From IMG/VR virus record IMGVR_UViG_2778261035_000005: 64,000 nucleotides of DNA, one strand, 5' to 3'. Positions 38,679-49,208 of the stretch are shown here, in pieces. Made by a program: the position numbers and the translations under genes. The DNA comes from a virus. Its lineage: Duplodnaviria; Heunggongvirae; Uroviricota; Caudoviricetes. Every line of letters begins with the position of its first letter. Position 1 is the first letter of the stretch. The notes under the pieces are model-generated. The model was given only the letters and a program-made list of their open reading frames with translations. It was not told the origin of the DNA and did not search any database.

Positions 38679-40994
38679 ATGATAAGCATCGTAAAACGTA
38701 ACGGCCAAACAGAGCCGTTATCCGAAGAAAAATACAACCGCGTCGTAATGTATGGCGTAGAAGGCATTCGTGGTGTAAGCGCATCCGCTGTAGCAATGGG
38801 AGCTGCGGCCAGCATTTTTGATGGGATGACCACCAGCCAGTTGCATGAGGCTTTGGTTAAATCTGCCGCTGATTTGATCTCACCAGAAGCACCAAATTAC
38901 TCACAGGTGGCTGCCCGCCTGAACATTTTTAAAATCCGCAAAGATGCCTTCGGTCGTTACGACTATCCGAACTTCTACCAACACATTGTCAAGAACGTTA
39001 ACAAGGGCGTTTATGACAAGGATTTGCTGACACATTATTCGTTTGAAGAGATCGAAGAACTCGGCAATTACATTAAGCCGAAACGTGACGATCTTTTTGG
39101 CTATGCAGCTACGGTGCAGTTGCAAAGCAAATACCTCGTTCAAAACCGTGTTACTGGTGAGATTCATGAGGGGCCGCAACATATCTATATGCTGGTAGGC
39201 ATGTGTCTGTTCCAGAATTGGGAAGACGACTGCGCTGGCAAAACACGTATGGAGATGGTCAAAGGTTTCTATGACGTTACAAGTACGTTCAAACTGTCTC
39301 TGCCCACACCAATCATGGCCGGCGTCCGTACTCCAACCCGTCAGTTCTCCAGTTGTGTGCTGATTGAGTCTGGCGATAGTCTGAAAGGGATTAGTGCAGC
39401 TTCAGCCGCAATTATCGACTACGTTTCACGTCGTGCTGGAATTGGTATTGGTTTTGGCCGTATCCGTGCGCTGGGCAGCGAGATCCGCAATGGTGAAGCC
39501 ACCCATACCGGAGTTATTCCATTCCTGAAGCATTTCCAGACGGCTGTTAAATCTTGTTCGCAAGGTGGTGTTCGTGGTGGCGCAGCAACAGCGTTTTACC
39601 CGATCTGGCATCTTGAAGTTGAAAGTCTGCTGGTGGTGAAAAATAACCGTGGTATTGATGAAAACCGCGTTCGCCATCTTGATTACGGCGTCATGAGTAA
39701 CCGTCTAATGTACCGTCGACTCGTCAGAAGCGAGAACATCACTCTGTTCAGCCCGCATGATGTGCCTGATATGTACGAAGCCTTCTTCACAGACCAGGAG
39801 CTGTTTGAAAAGCTGTACCATAAATACGAAGCCGATGATTCAATTCGCAAGAAGTCAGTACCTGCCATTGAGCTGTTCTCATCTCTGATGCAGGAACGAG
39901 CGTCCACGGGCCGAATTTATATTGCGAACGTCGATCATATTAATGAGCATGGCGCTTTCATTCCTGCTCTTGCACCTGTCCGCCAGTCAAACCTGTGTAT
40001 GGAGATCACCCTACCCACCCGTCCACTGGCATTTACCGACGACCCGAACGGTGAGATCGCGCTATGCACTTTATCCGCTTTTAACCTCGGAGCCATCCGT
40101 TCACTGGAGTCTCTTAAAGAGGTGGCGTTCTATGCCGTTGCTGCACTGGATTCGTTACTGGATTATCAAGACTATCCGATGGAGGCAGCCGAAGTGCCTG
40201 CCAAAGCTCGTCGTAGCTTGGGAATTGGTGTAACCAACTTTGCTTATTACCTGGCAAAGAATGGCGTTCGTTATTCTGATACCGCTGGCAATAAACTGGT
40301 GCATGAAACGTTCGAAGCTATCCAGTATTACCTTCTTGATGCCAGCTGCCGACTTGCTGAAGCAAAAGGTGAGTGTGACTGGTTTGAGCAGACCAAATAC
40401 GCAATTGGTCAGTTGCCGATCGACCATTACCGTTCTTCATTAGACGAAAGTGGCGAAACCAACTTTGAGTTAAAGATGCCGTGGGAAGAACTGCGTGAAC
40501 GTATTGCAAAATACGGCCTTCGCAACTCCACACTGACGGCACAAATGCCATGCGAGACTTCCAGCCAGATCACTAATTCCACCAACGGCATCGAACCGCC
40601 TCGTGGCCCGGTGTCGGTGAAATCTTCTAAGGACGGCATCGTTAAGATGGTCGTGCCTGAGTTTGAAAAACTGAAGGAACAGTATGAATACCTGTGGGAT
40701 ATGCCGGACAACCGCGGCTATCTGACAAAGGTGGCGATCATCCAGAAGTTCTTTGACCAGGCTATTTCAGCCAATACCAACTATGACCCTTCTCGCTTTG
40801 AAGGCGATAAAGTCCCAATGATGACGCTACTGTCAGATTTGCTTCTCGCCTACAAGATGGGAGTTAAAACGCTTTACTACCACAACACCAGAGATGGTGC
40901 AGGAAAGCGTGATGACGACGAACCGCAGAATCCACTGGCGCAAGCTGTAGCCGTCGAGCCAGAAGATGAGTGCGACGGAGCCTGCAAAATCTGA
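38679..40994 (+). CDS. nrdA: ribonucleoside-diphosphate reductase alpha subunit (class Ia)
   Basis: near-colinear with enterobacterial NrdA as recalled: ATP-cone, SCVLIESGDSL, GGVRGGAATAFYPIWHLEVESLL, PCETSSQ, C-terminal Cys pair. Confidence 0.95.
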   Translation: MISIVKRNGQTEPLSEEKYNRVVMYGVEGIRGVSASAVAMGAAASIFDGMTTSQLHEALVKSAADLISPEAPNYSQVAARLNIFKIRKDAFGRYDYPNFYQHIVKNVNKGVYDKDLLTHYSFEEIEELGNYIKPKRDDLFGYAATVQLQSKYLVQNRVTGEIHEGPQHIYMLVGMCLFQNWEDDCAGKTRMEMVKGFYDVTSTFKLSLPTPIMAGVRTPTRQFSSCVLIESGDSLKGISAASAAIIDYVSRRAGIGIGFGRIRALGSEIRNGEATHTGVIPFLKHFQTAVKSCSQGGVRGGAATAFYPIWHLEVESLLVVKNNRGIDENRVRHLDYGVMSNRLMYRRLVRSENITLFSPHDVPDMYEAFFTDQELFEKLYHKYEADDSIRKKSVPAIELFSSLMQERASTGRIYIANVDHINEHGAFIPALAPVRQSNLCMEITLPTRPLAFTDDPNGEIALCTLSAFNLGAIRSLESLKEVAFYAVAALDSLLDYQDYPMEAAEVPAKARRSLGIGVTNFAYYLAKNGVRYSDTAGNKLVHETFEAIQYYLLDASCRLAEAKGECDWFEQTKYAIGQLPIDHYRSSLDESGETNFELKMPWEELRERIAKYGLRNSTLTAQMPCETSSQITNSTNGIEPPRGPVSVKSSKDGIVKMVVPEFEKLKEQYEYLWDMPDNRGYLTKVAIIQKFFDQAISANTNYDPSRFEGDKVPMMTLLSDLLLAYKMGVKTLYYHNTRDGAGKRDDDEPQNPLAQAVAVEPEDECDGACKI

Positions 40995-41101
40995 CATATG
41001 GTGGGGGATATCCCCACCTTCTCTTTGATTTGTAAGCCTTGTTTAAACACATAAGATAACAACTTGTTTAAACGCACCAAAAAAAGAAAAAGGAAAAACA
41101 C

Positions 41102-42244
41102 ATGTCATATTCAACGTTCCGTTTGGGTGCTAATGATGCAACCAAAGAGCCTATGTTCCTCGGACAATCTGTCAACGTGGCACGTTACGATCAGCAAAAA
41201 TACCGTGATTTTGAAAAGTTGATTGAACGTCAATTGTCTTTCTTCTGGCGGCCGGAAGAAGTTGATATTTCGAGCGATCGTATCGACTTCAACACGAAGC
41301 TGCGGGACCACGAACGTCACATTTTTCTGAGCAATCTCCGTTATCAAACGTTACTCGATTCAGTTCAGGGACGTAGCCCAAATGCAACGCTGCTGCCGCT
41401 TATCTCTATTCCTGAACTGGAAACGTGGGTTGAAACGTGGTCTTTCTCTGAGACTATCCATAGCCGTAGCTACACCCACATTATTCGTGGCATGGTGGAC
41501 GATCCGAGTATTGTTTTTGACGGTATTGTTACGGATGAAGAAATCATCAACCGAGCGATCAGTATCTCTGCTGAATATGACAGGCTTTATGGGATGACAT
41601 GCGAGCGCCAGTCGTTAGGTGAGAAGGAGTTTGAACGTCTGTACGTAAATGAATATGGCTGGGAGCCATACCCTTTGCATCGTCAGCTTTTCCGCACGTT
41701 GGTGTCCATTAATGCGCTTGAGGCGATCCGTTTCTATGTAAGTTTTGCATGTACGTTTGCCTTTGGCGAACGGAAGTTGCTTGAGGGTAACACCAAAATT
41801 ATGCGCTTTATTGCCCGTGATGAAGCTCTGCATTGCGAAGGAACTGAACGCATGATCCGCTTCATGCGTACCGGTCGCGAAGGTTTATTGTGGAAAGAGA
41901 TTGCTGCTGATGAAGAAAACGTCATTTACGACACCATGAAATCAGTCGCCGAACAAGAAATGAACTGGGCAGACTATCTCTTCAAAGACGGTTCGATGAT
42001 TGGTTTAAACGCGGATATTCTGAAGACCTATGTAAAATACCGCACCAATCTGGCTATGAATCGTCTTGGCCTGAAGGCTTTATTTCCAGAAGTTACCACA
42101 GATCCGCTGGTCTGGATGAACAAGTGGTTGTTAACCGACACACTGCAAATTGCACCACAAGAGGCAGAGCAAAGCACATATCTGGTAGGTCAGATCGATT
42201 CTACCGTGGATAAGGCTTCTCTAAGCCAGTTTGCAGACCTGTAA
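41102..42244 (+). CDS. nrdB: ribonucleoside-diphosphate reductase beta subunit
   Basis: [41 protein letters not shown]-terminal SQFADL tail. Confidence 0.95.
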   Translation: MSYSTFRLGANDATKEPMFLGQSVNVARYDQQKYRDFEKLIERQLSFFWRPEEVDISSDRIDFNTKLRDHERHIFLSNLRYQTLLDSVQGRSPNATLLPLISIPELETWVETWSFSETIHSRSYTHIIRGMVDDPSIVFDGIVTDEEIINRAISISAEYDRLYGMTCERQSLGEKEFERLYVNEYGWEPYPLHRQLFRTLVSINALEAIRFYVSFACTFAFGERKLLEGNTKIMRFIARDEALHCEGTERMIRFMRTGREGLLWKEIAADEENVIYDTMKSVAEQEMNWADYLFKDGSMIGLNADILKTYVKYRTNLAMNRLGLKALFPEVTTDPLVWMNKWLLTDTLQIAPQEAEQSTYLVGQIDSTVDKASLSQFADL

Positions 42245-42321
42245 ACCGATACAAAGCATTATGTGGCCTGGCAACGCTGGGCCACAATGGATCACAAGAA
42301 TTAAGAAGGAACAAAACTAGC

Positions 42322-43191
42322 ATGAACTTTACCAAACTGACTGACCACCTGAAACTTGCCACCGATCGTCTCATTGGATTTAAGCCAGAACCATATGAGT
42401 TGCATGAAGGTCATGGTGTAGCTACTGAAAGTATTTACAAGATGGTCGATCAGTTTCATGAACTCTTCCAGCATCCGAGACGCGTTATGCCGACACCAGA
42501 GCTGCTTCGTCTCCGTGCAAGCCTGATTCATGAAGAAGCTGTAGTGGAAGGTATTCCAGCCGCAATGAATGGGGATATTGAGCAACTGCTGGATGCAATG
42601 GCCGACTTTTTATACGTTGGTGTTGGTACGATGGTCGCCATCAAAGGTGGTATTTCTACCGGCATGACCTATTACACGCAGGAACAGAGCATTGATCGCT
42701 TTATGCAGACAATTTTTGTGCCCGGTAACACTGTTTTCGATGATATGGCAATGCCATTTCAGGAAGCTCGTGAGGCGTCATATATGCTCGAAGAGCTGGC
42801 AGATAAACTTGAGAACAAGACTGTTAAGGATTCTGAGCTGATTCAGGAACTGCGCCGTGTCATGAACAAAATCTATGTGGCGTGCATGATGACCTATCGA
42901 CTGGCTGATTTCCTCGGTATCAATGTAGTCGAGCTGGTTGGCGAAATTCATCGGTCTAACATGACAAAATTATGGCCTGCTGATGTCGAGGAACGTCGCC
43001 AGGCTGTGGCCAACTGCAAATACGACTCTTCAGACCTGGGATTTCGCCATGCTGATGGTACCGATAAGATGATCGGTTTTCGAATTTCCGATGGAAAGAT
43101 TCTGAAGTCTCCAACCTATAGTGATGTCGATTTATCCTCCTTTGTTGAGCAAGCTAAAGCCTCAGCAATGTACGGAATGATCAAAAAATAA
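42322..43191 (+). CDS. hypothetical protein (possibly all-alpha NTP pyrophosphohydrolase-like; weak)
   Basis: ORF track; location in nucleotide-metabolism block. Confidence 0.5.
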   Translation: MNFTKLTDHLKLATDRLIGFKPEPYELHEGHGVATESIYKMVDQFHELFQHPRRVMPTPELLRLRASLIHEEAVVEGIPAAMNGDIEQLLDAMADFLYVGVGTMVAIKGGISTGMTYYTQEQSIDRFMQTIFVPGNTVFDDMAMPFQEAREASYMLEELADKLENKTVKDSELIQELRRVMNKIYVACMMTYRLADFLGINVVELVGEIHRSNMTKLWPADVEERRQAVANCKYDSSDLGFRHADGTDKMIGFRISDGKILKSPTYSDVDLSSFVEQAKASAMYGMIKK

Positions 43192-43334
43192 TTGTAGGTA
43201 GTTATCTATCTATGTATATTGTGTTGGCGCGTTAAATTCCTGAAACAACTATTCGTTTTGGTGGCCTATGGCCACCATTTTTTTATCTATCTGGCCTTGT
43301 ACCCTCAATAAATGTAAACTCACGCAATGAATAA

Positions 43335-44465
43335 GTGATTACTTATCTTTGTGAGGTTTTTGTGTCACTCCTTTTGAATCGTGAGCATACGAACGGTCAG
43401 GTAACAAACGCATCGTATGCAAAAGTTATTGAGACGGTGCTTAAAAGCGGCGTGCAGGCTGATGATCGCACAGGCACTGGTACTTTAAGCACCTGCTACG
43501 TTCCCTCTTACTACATGCTTACTGGTGGGACTGTGCCGCTTATTTCTGGAAAGGCGGTAAATCTTAAGCCACTGCTTGTCGAACTTGAGTGGTATCTGAA
43601 AGGCACGGGCAACATCCAATTTCTCAAGGATAACGGCGTTAAGATTTGGGATGCATGGGCCGATGAGAATGGCGATTTGGGGCCAGTTTACGGTAAGCAG
43701 TGGCGTCGATGGGAAGATACCCGCATCGTGAGCCATAGTGAATATCTGAGCAAGATCGCTACTTTCCGTGAACGCGGGTACAAAGTCGAGGGATACCTAG
43801 GTATCAGTGAAGATCGCGTAGTGCTGTCCCGTGAAATCGATCAGCTACAGCGTATTGTCGATACACTGCGCACGAACCCTACCGATCGTCGCATCATGCT
43901 TAACGCATGGAACGTAGGCGAGCTTGAGGATATGAAACTGCCACCTTGCCACTTTGTCTTCTCTTTGTGGAGTCGTGAGCTTGATTTTGAAACCCGTTTA
44001 ACGATGGCAACTGACATTGGTCTTCAACACAGTCGCCTCGGTTACGAGTCTATCTACACCAAGATGCTATACGATCTGGAGATGGACGGCAGTGTTACTG
44101 AAGCTGAACTGGATGAACTTGGAATCCCCAAACGCATCCTCAACTCCTGCCTCGTACAGCGTAGCGTAGACACTTTTGTTGGTATGCCATTCAATATTGC
44201 TGGCTATGGCATTCTCACTCATTTTCTCGCGAAGATTACGGGTCACATGGCCGGTGCATTTGTGCATTTTGGCTTTGACGTGCATTTGTACAATAACCAC
44301 ATGGAAAGTGTGCGTGAGCTAATGCAACGACAGGCTCCAGAGCATTCAGATCCGGTCGTTATATTCCCTAATGAATGGTCTGAGCTGGATGATTTCAAAT
44401 GGGACGAGATTCTTATTCTTGGCTATGCCCCTCTACCGTGGATCAAGGTTCCAGTGGCGGTGTGA
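43335..44465 (+). CDS. thyA: thymidylate synthase homologue with two ~50-aa insertions
   Basis: DRTGTGT, WADENGDLGPVYGKQWR, active-site LPPCH, QRSVDTFVGMPFNIAGY; alternative GTG start at 43362. Confidence 0.85.
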   Translation: MITYLCEVFVSLLLNREHTNGQVTNASYAKVIETVLKSGVQADDRTGTGTLSTCYVPSYYMLTGGTVPLISGKAVNLKPLLVELEWYLKGTGNIQFLKDNGVKIWDAWADENGDLGPVYGKQWRRWEDTRIVSHSEYLSKIATFRERGYKVEGYLGISEDRVVLSREIDQLQRIVDTLRTNPTDRRIMLNAWNVGELEDMKLPPCHFVFSLWSRELDFETRLTMATDIGLQHSRLGYESIYTKMLYDLEMDGSVTEAELDELGIPKRILNSCLVQRSVDTFVGMPFNIAGYGILTHFLAKITGHMAGAFVHFGFDVHLYNNHMESVRELMQRQAPEHSDPVVIFPNEWSELDDFKWDEILILGYAPLPWIKVPVAV

Positions 44466-44466
44466 T

Positions 44467-44880
44467 ATGGCAAGAGGTATGTATGTCTTATGCGAAATTG
44501 AAGGTGTGCTGGCAAATACCAGCCATCGTAAATCTGTATCTGACTCGGATGCAGGCCAATTCATTGCCGGTGATGAACTCATTTTCCCCACCAGCCGTAT
44601 GTTGCGTGGTTTTGCTCGCTCAGGGGCTGAAGTGGTGCTTATCAGTAGCCGCTCTGAAACTCTTGAAGCGCCCACTAAACGATGGCTGAAAGATTTTGGT
44701 GTTGATTACGACTGGCTTCATCTCGTACCGAATAGCACTAGTTATGAGAAGCATATTAAGCGCACATTAGCGGAGCATAAAGGCGATCTGCTTATCGCTG
44801 CGCTGGTGCACGATCCTCGACTCCGTGCCGCTTTAGCTGACTCTCATCATAGACCGGTCATCTATGAGGTGAGCAAATGA
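44467..44880 (+). CDS. hypothetical protein
   Basis: in-frame ATG right after thyA stop; end overlaps DHFR start. Confidence 0.45.
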   Translation: MARGMYVLCEIEGVLANTSHRKSVSDSDAGQFIAGDELIFPTSRMLRGFARSGAEVVLISSRSETLEAPTKRWLKDFGVDYDWLHLVPNSTSYEKHIKRTLAEHKGDLLIAALVHDPRLRAALADSHHRPVIYEVSK

Positions 44881-45353
44881 AGATGATAGCTGCTGTTGGC
44901 CGTAACTATGAGATCGGCATAGCGAACGAACTGCCCTGGCGTTGTTCTACCGATCTGAAGCTATTTAAGAGACTCACCAAAAACGCCACTGTCGTTATGG
45001 GGCGTAAAACGATGGAAAGTCTCAAACGCCCTCTTCCAGAGCGTCATAACCTCGTTTTGACGCGCTCTCATGGCTTTGTACCAAATGGATTCTACCCTGC
45101 TGGTGTGGATGATGTGTTGCGATTACCAGAGCCTGTGTGGGTGATTGGCGGGGAACAAATTTACTCGCTATTCATGCCGCATGTTGAAGAGATTTGGCTC
45201 TCCCACATCGGCGTTGATGTGCCAAACGCCGATGCATTCTTCCCGGCAAGCATGATGCGTAATTTAGGCTTTGTGCCTGTTGAAACAGCTTATACCCAAC
45301 GAGCCAGCGAGGAAGAGCCTGGCTTTTCGCAGATCGTATACAGAAGGTCGTAA
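44877..45353 (+). CDS. folA: dihydrofolate reductase
   Basis: MIAAVGRNYEIGIANELPWR, VVMGRKT, WVIGGEQIY. Confidence 0.85.
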   Translation: MKMIAAVGRNYEIGIANELPWRCSTDLKLFKRLTKNATVVMGRKTMESLKRPLPERHNLVLTRSHGFVPNGFYPAGVDDVLRLPEPVWVIGGEQIYSLFMPHVEEIWLSHIGVDVPNADAFFPASMMRNLGFVPVETAYTQRASEEEPGFSQIVYRRS

Positions 45354-45997
45354 TGGATTACCGGATTGGGATCACTGGTGCTCAGGGCAGTGGGAAAACA
45401 ACCCTGGCTAAATATATCGACAAACATTACGGAATCCCTTACGTGGATGCTGGTGTCGGAAGTTTGATGAGCCGCCTCGGTGTTCGAGTAGGTGAGTCTA
45501 TGCCTCTATATGAGCGGCTTCAGATTCAAATGGAAATAGCAAAGCATATAGAGCTACTTACACGTGGTGTTGAAGGCTTTGTTATCGATCGCACACCTGC
45601 TGATGTTATGGCCTACACGTTGGATTTGGTCGGCCATACAAATGAAGATCGGTGTATTGAGTTAGCCCTCGATATCGAAAAGTTTTGCCACAAAACTGCT
45701 ATTTCAAACTTTAACGCCATTGCTGGCCTACGCCCGGGGGTCGCTCTCTCAGAGCGAGATTACTTGCGGTCACAACGAGCATCATTAGACCGTCTGTATG
45801 TCGCTCGTATTGATGCGTTGATGTGCGGGGAACTGACAAAAATTCACCTGCATCCGCAAAGGGGAGATCTGCAAACCTTCGTCGTTTCCAACCGGTATCG
45901 CACAGTTGAAGCAAGAGCCAGATCAGTAATGAGAATGCTCGATAACGCGGTAGAAAAGATAGAAAACCGCTTCTGTGGCCGAGTTACCGTTCATTAG
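45353..45997 (+). CDS. P-loop nucleoside/nucleotide kinase-like protein
   Basis: Walker A GITGAQGSGKTTLAK; position after folA. Confidence 0.5.
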   Translation: MDYRIGITGAQGSGKTTLAKYIDKHYGIPYVDAGVGSLMSRLGVRVGESMPLYERLQIQMEIAKHIELLTRGVEGFVIDRTPADVMAYTLDLVGHTNEDRCIELALDIEKFCHKTAISNFNAIAGLRPGVALSERDYLRSQRASLDRLYVARIDALMCGELTKIHLHPQRGDLQTFVVSNRYRTVEARARSVMRMLDNAVEKIENRFCGRVTVH

Positions 45998-46058
45998 AAA
46001 TTGTTCGCCTCTTCGACATTGCGACAATAAAACTCTCAAAATGGGTTAAGGATAAAAA

Positions 46059-46478
46059 ATGTTTAGTGAACTGTTGCTTGAAGATGAACTGGATCGGAAA
46101 ACAACAGAGGCTTTGATTCGTGTAGCGGACGAACATTCACGGTCGCTTATGAGCGATCGAGAGGCTCGTCTGGCTATTCGTGCCATATTCGAAACTGTGC
46201 AGGGGCTTGTTGGCGCACAAGTAGGTGAAGCCATTAACATCGCCATGTCTCAGTTCAGTGAAGGCAGTAAAAAGCCTCTGTTTCCTATGCATTTGATGCT
46301 GGCTGGTGGCACGGTGCTTTATATCTCTGTTTGTCTGGATAGCAACCAAATCAATATTCTCAATACTGCGTCAGGTAAGTGGAAAGATCCGATGGTCTGT
46401 GAAACCAGTGAAGAAACTTTGAAAAAAGCGGCTCAATTTGTACGTAGCGCACTACTTAAGGGCGCTAAGAAGTTGTAA
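46059..46478 (+). CDS. hypothetical protein
   Basis: ORF track; aagga SD. Confidence 0.5.
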   Translation: MFSELLLEDELDRKTTEALIRVADEHSRSLMSDREARLAIRAIFETVQGLVGAQVGEAINIAMSQFSEGSKKPLFPMHLMLAGGTVLYISVCLDSNQINILNTASGKWKDPMVCETSEETLKKAAQFVRSALLKGAKKL

Positions 46479-46487
46479 GGAGTTCTG

Positions 46488-47045
46488 ATGACAACGATTG
46501 TTGCAGGCATCGATATCGAGTCTACGGGACTGGATTTCTTTGCTGGTCATAAAATTATTGAAATCGCAATTACCCGCTATGAACTGGAGACACAGAGACA
46601 TATTGATAGTCTGGAGATGCGTTTTAACCCTCGCAGAAACATAGATCCGAAAGCTCAAGCCGTTCATGGCATTTCATTAGAACAGCTCGCAGCTGAACCT
46701 TTGTTGTCAAATCATGCCAGCGAAATTGGCGCTTATATGGGGGCATGTAGTGCGTGGATTGCTCATAACGGCGAAGCGTTTGATATACCATTTATTCGAC
46801 ACGAGTTTTCAGGGTATGGAGTAAGACTGCCAGACGTTCCCGTTATAGATACTATGTTATCGGGATTGTGGGCCACAGAAGACGGTAAACGTCCTCGCCT
46901 TGAAGAATTGGCCTTCTCTCTTGGCTTTATATACGATCATGCCAAAGCACATAGTGCCTTATATGACACAAACTTAATGATGCAATGCTTCTTTAAGGCA
47001 CGTAATAAATACGGATTTTTTAAATTACCCTCTGAAATTGTGTAA
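46488..47045 (+). CDS. DnaQ-like 3'-5' exonuclease (DEDDh)
   Basis: Exo motifs GIDIESTGL, HNGEAFDIPF, HSALYD. Confidence 0.7.
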   Translation: MTTIVAGIDIESTGLDFFAGHKIIEIAITRYELETQRHIDSLEMRFNPRRNIDPKAQAVHGISLEQLAAEPLLSNHASEIGAYMGACSAWIAHNGEAFDIPFIRHEFSGYGVRLPDVPVIDTMLSGLWATEDGKRPRLEELAFSLGFIYDHAKAHSALYDTNLMMQCFFKARNKYGFFKLPSEIV

Positions 47046-47051
47046 AACAAA

Positions 47052-47089
47052 AGCCTGCTTTAAAGAGAGTTTGAAGCAGGCTTTCTTTT
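47052..47089 (+). terminator. intrinsic terminator
   Basis: agcctgctt ... aagcaggct stem followed by ttctttt. Confidence 0.5.
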
Positions 47090-47205
47090 AAAGAACAGTC
47101 GCCTTTCAATCATTTCCTGCCTGTATTTAATACTTTTCCGCCTGATAGGTTTAGTCAAAATGTAGCCATCGAAACGCAAATGCAACTAAACAGAAGGAGA
47201 CTTAC

Positions 47206-48015
47206 ATGAGTTCGGTTGAAAATGTAATGACAAATGATGATCTGGATGAGCTGACAGCCATGTTGCAATCACTTGATGAACCAGTAAAAAAAGCTGCACA
47301 GGTTGAAAATACTGATGATATTGACGATCTGCTTCTCGGCCTCGATGCTGGCGTAGCCATGAGTTCTGATGATGTTGCCGAAGAACAGTTCAATGAAGAA
47401 AAAGCAGGTGATTTCAGCTCCGCTTTAAATGAGTTGGAGTTAGCTCATGAGCCTATAAACGTAATTAAGGCTGAAAGTGTTGAATCTGCCGAAAACGAGC
47501 CAGAACAATTGGGATTTATTGAGGTTGAAGAGTGTGTTGAGGTTAATGATGAATTAAAAGTTCAACAGTCAAATGATAGCAATACAAATAAAAAAGCTCG
47601 TACTGCAAGAGGTCCTCGTTTTACTTTAAGTGATAAAGATGATTTGTTTTTCAATAAAGCAGGCTTAGAAAAAGATATTTTCTTAGACGCTTACGAAAAC
47701 GCGCCTGTCAAAGCAAAGGATAAGATATTAAACCTTCTTAATTGGTTTAGCGGAGGTCCAGATATTAGTGTTTACACGGTAATTTCCATGAGACACCTTC
47801 TCACAGAAAAGAAGGCTACAAGTAATAGTATTAAGATTGCTTTAATGAGCAATCCAGAAAAACCGTATCCGCTTAACACTGCGTCAACTCAGGCTGGGCA
47901 AATGATGGCTGTATTTCCAGCTACAGGAATTGCTGTTAGAGACGGTGGAAATCTAACATTGAACGAAGAATCACCGATCGTTAAGAAGTTTGTCGCGGAG
48001 TACACTATTGGATGA
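47206..48015 (+). CDS. acidic protein of unknown function
   Basis: ORF track; N-terminal ~110 aa strongly Asp/Glu-rich. Confidence 0.5.
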   Translation: MSSVENVMTNDDLDELTAMLQSLDEPVKKAAQVENTDDIDDLLLGLDAGVAMSSDDVAEEQFNEEKAGDFSSALNELELAHEPINVIKAESVESAENEPEQLGFIEVEECVEVNDELKVQQSNDSNTNKKARTARGPRFTLSDKDDLFFNKAGLEKDIFLDAYENAPVKAKDKILNLLNWFSGGPDISVYTVISMRHLLTEKKATSNSIKIALMSNPEKPYPLNTASTQAGQMMAVFPATGIAVRDGGNLTLNEESPIVKKFVAEYTIG

Positions 48016-48091
48016 CGTTCCCCTACTGAAAATAAAGCCCATAGAGAGCTTTATAGTGCTGGGTAAGCCAATCACATACCCAGCACCACAA

Positions 48092-48140
48092 AAACGCGCC
48101 AGAGAGCTTCTTGTTCGCATTTCTGGCGCGTTTTATTTGA
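48092..48140 (+). terminator. intrinsic terminator
   Basis: 11-bp perfect stem aacgcgccaga / tctggcgcgtt followed by ttatttg. Confidence 0.55.
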
Positions 48141-48198
48141 TTACCATACATAAAATCAAATGCAAAAATAGGTAATCACTTACCTATCGAGAAAGAAG

Positions 48199-48792
48199 AT
48201 GATTGCAGCCGAAAAAATCAAACAGCGAAAGCGCGACAACTCTCTTCGTGACCTCTGGAGAACACCTGATTGGCTGTTTTCTGCCATTCAACGTTATCTT
48301 GGAGTGACATTTGATGTTGACGTTGCCTGCAACAAGGACAACGCAAAGCTGCCTAATTTCATAGGCATTGAGCGTGATGCTTTGAAATCTGAATGGGGAC
48401 AGCCAGGTACAATTGCCTTCCTCAATCCACCCTACTCCAAAATCTCCCCCTGGATTGATGCTGCTATACGTGAGCAGGCTCGCGGAGTTACAACAGTGAT
48501 GCTAATTCCTCAATCCCTCGATACAAAGTGGTATGAGCGTGCAACAGAGTATGCGAATGAGACGATTATTCTGTCTGGTGGCCGCGTAGCGTTTGTCGAG
48601 CCTGACGTAAATCTGGGTCAGGTAGAAGTAAACATCAACCCAGGTGGCAGTATGCTCGTTGTTTTTCGAGGATTCTGTCAGGACGCTGGGCACTCTATAA
48701 GCAAGATCCCTTTGGACGTCATGAAAAGTCTGGGAGGGTATGATCCTGCGAATGTGATCAGGAAAAAAAGACCATCAAAGAAGGCTGCTTAG
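48199..48792 (+). CDS. phage-type DNA N6-adenine methyltransferase (Dam-like)
   Basis: WRTPDWLF N-terminal motif and FLNPPYS catalytic motif. Confidence 0.65.
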   Translation: MIAAEKIKQRKRDNSLRDLWRTPDWLFSAIQRYLGVTFDVDVACNKDNAKLPNFIGIERDALKSEWGQPGTIAFLNPPYSKISPWIDAAIREQARGVTTVMLIPQSLDTKWYERATEYANETIILSGGRVAFVEPDVNLGQVEVNINPGGSMLVVFRGFCQDAGHSISKIPLDVMKSLGGYDPANVIRKKRPSKKAA

Positions 48793-48815
48793 TTTGTTCT
48801 GGCGTCTGTAATTAG

Positions 48816-48878
48816 CCTGCTTCTGTATATATAAATAACTACATATTAATTATTAATATACGGAAGCAGGCTGTTTTG
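48816..48878 (+). terminator. long hairpin with A+T-rich loop followed by T-run (copy of element at 882-946)
   Basis: arms cctgcttctgtatat / atatacggaagcagg then ctgttttg. Confidence 0.45.
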
Positions 48879-48977
48879 TATCAGAGACTCCAGACCTGAA
48901 CATCACTACAGAATCCACTAGAACCCCTTCCCAGACGCTTTAAAATCGATTTTATGAACCACTTTAAGGAAACCAAC

Positions 48978-49208
48978 ATGTCATACCCGACTAATGTCGT
49001 TGCGCTCGTAGAGAGCGATTTTCTGGCCCAGGCTCGTGAAATGATGAAAGATCGTGAGCAGGCTTTCAACTTGTACGAATGGGCAATTAAGTGCTTGCAT
49101 CTTGGCGAGCATCGCGAACTTGTTGAACAGCTTTTAGGTGAGTTGATCAATGAGGTGTTTGCCTTGAATGTTCAACTACATGGTAGAGAAAATAATCAAT
49201 CACAATGA
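48978..49208 (+). CDS. hypothetical protein
   Basis: aagga SD 7 nt before ATG 48978 (track start 48954). Confidence 0.4.
   Translation: MSYPTNVVALVESDFLAQAREMMKDREQAFNLYEWAIKCLHLGEHRELVEQLLGELINEVFALNVQLHGRENNQSQ

Noticed and set aside
43335-44465. Intein or intron in thymidylate synthase
   Set aside because: Insertions are in-frame, ~50 aa each, and lack intein splice-junction or endonuclease motifs; no frame break suggestive of an intron.
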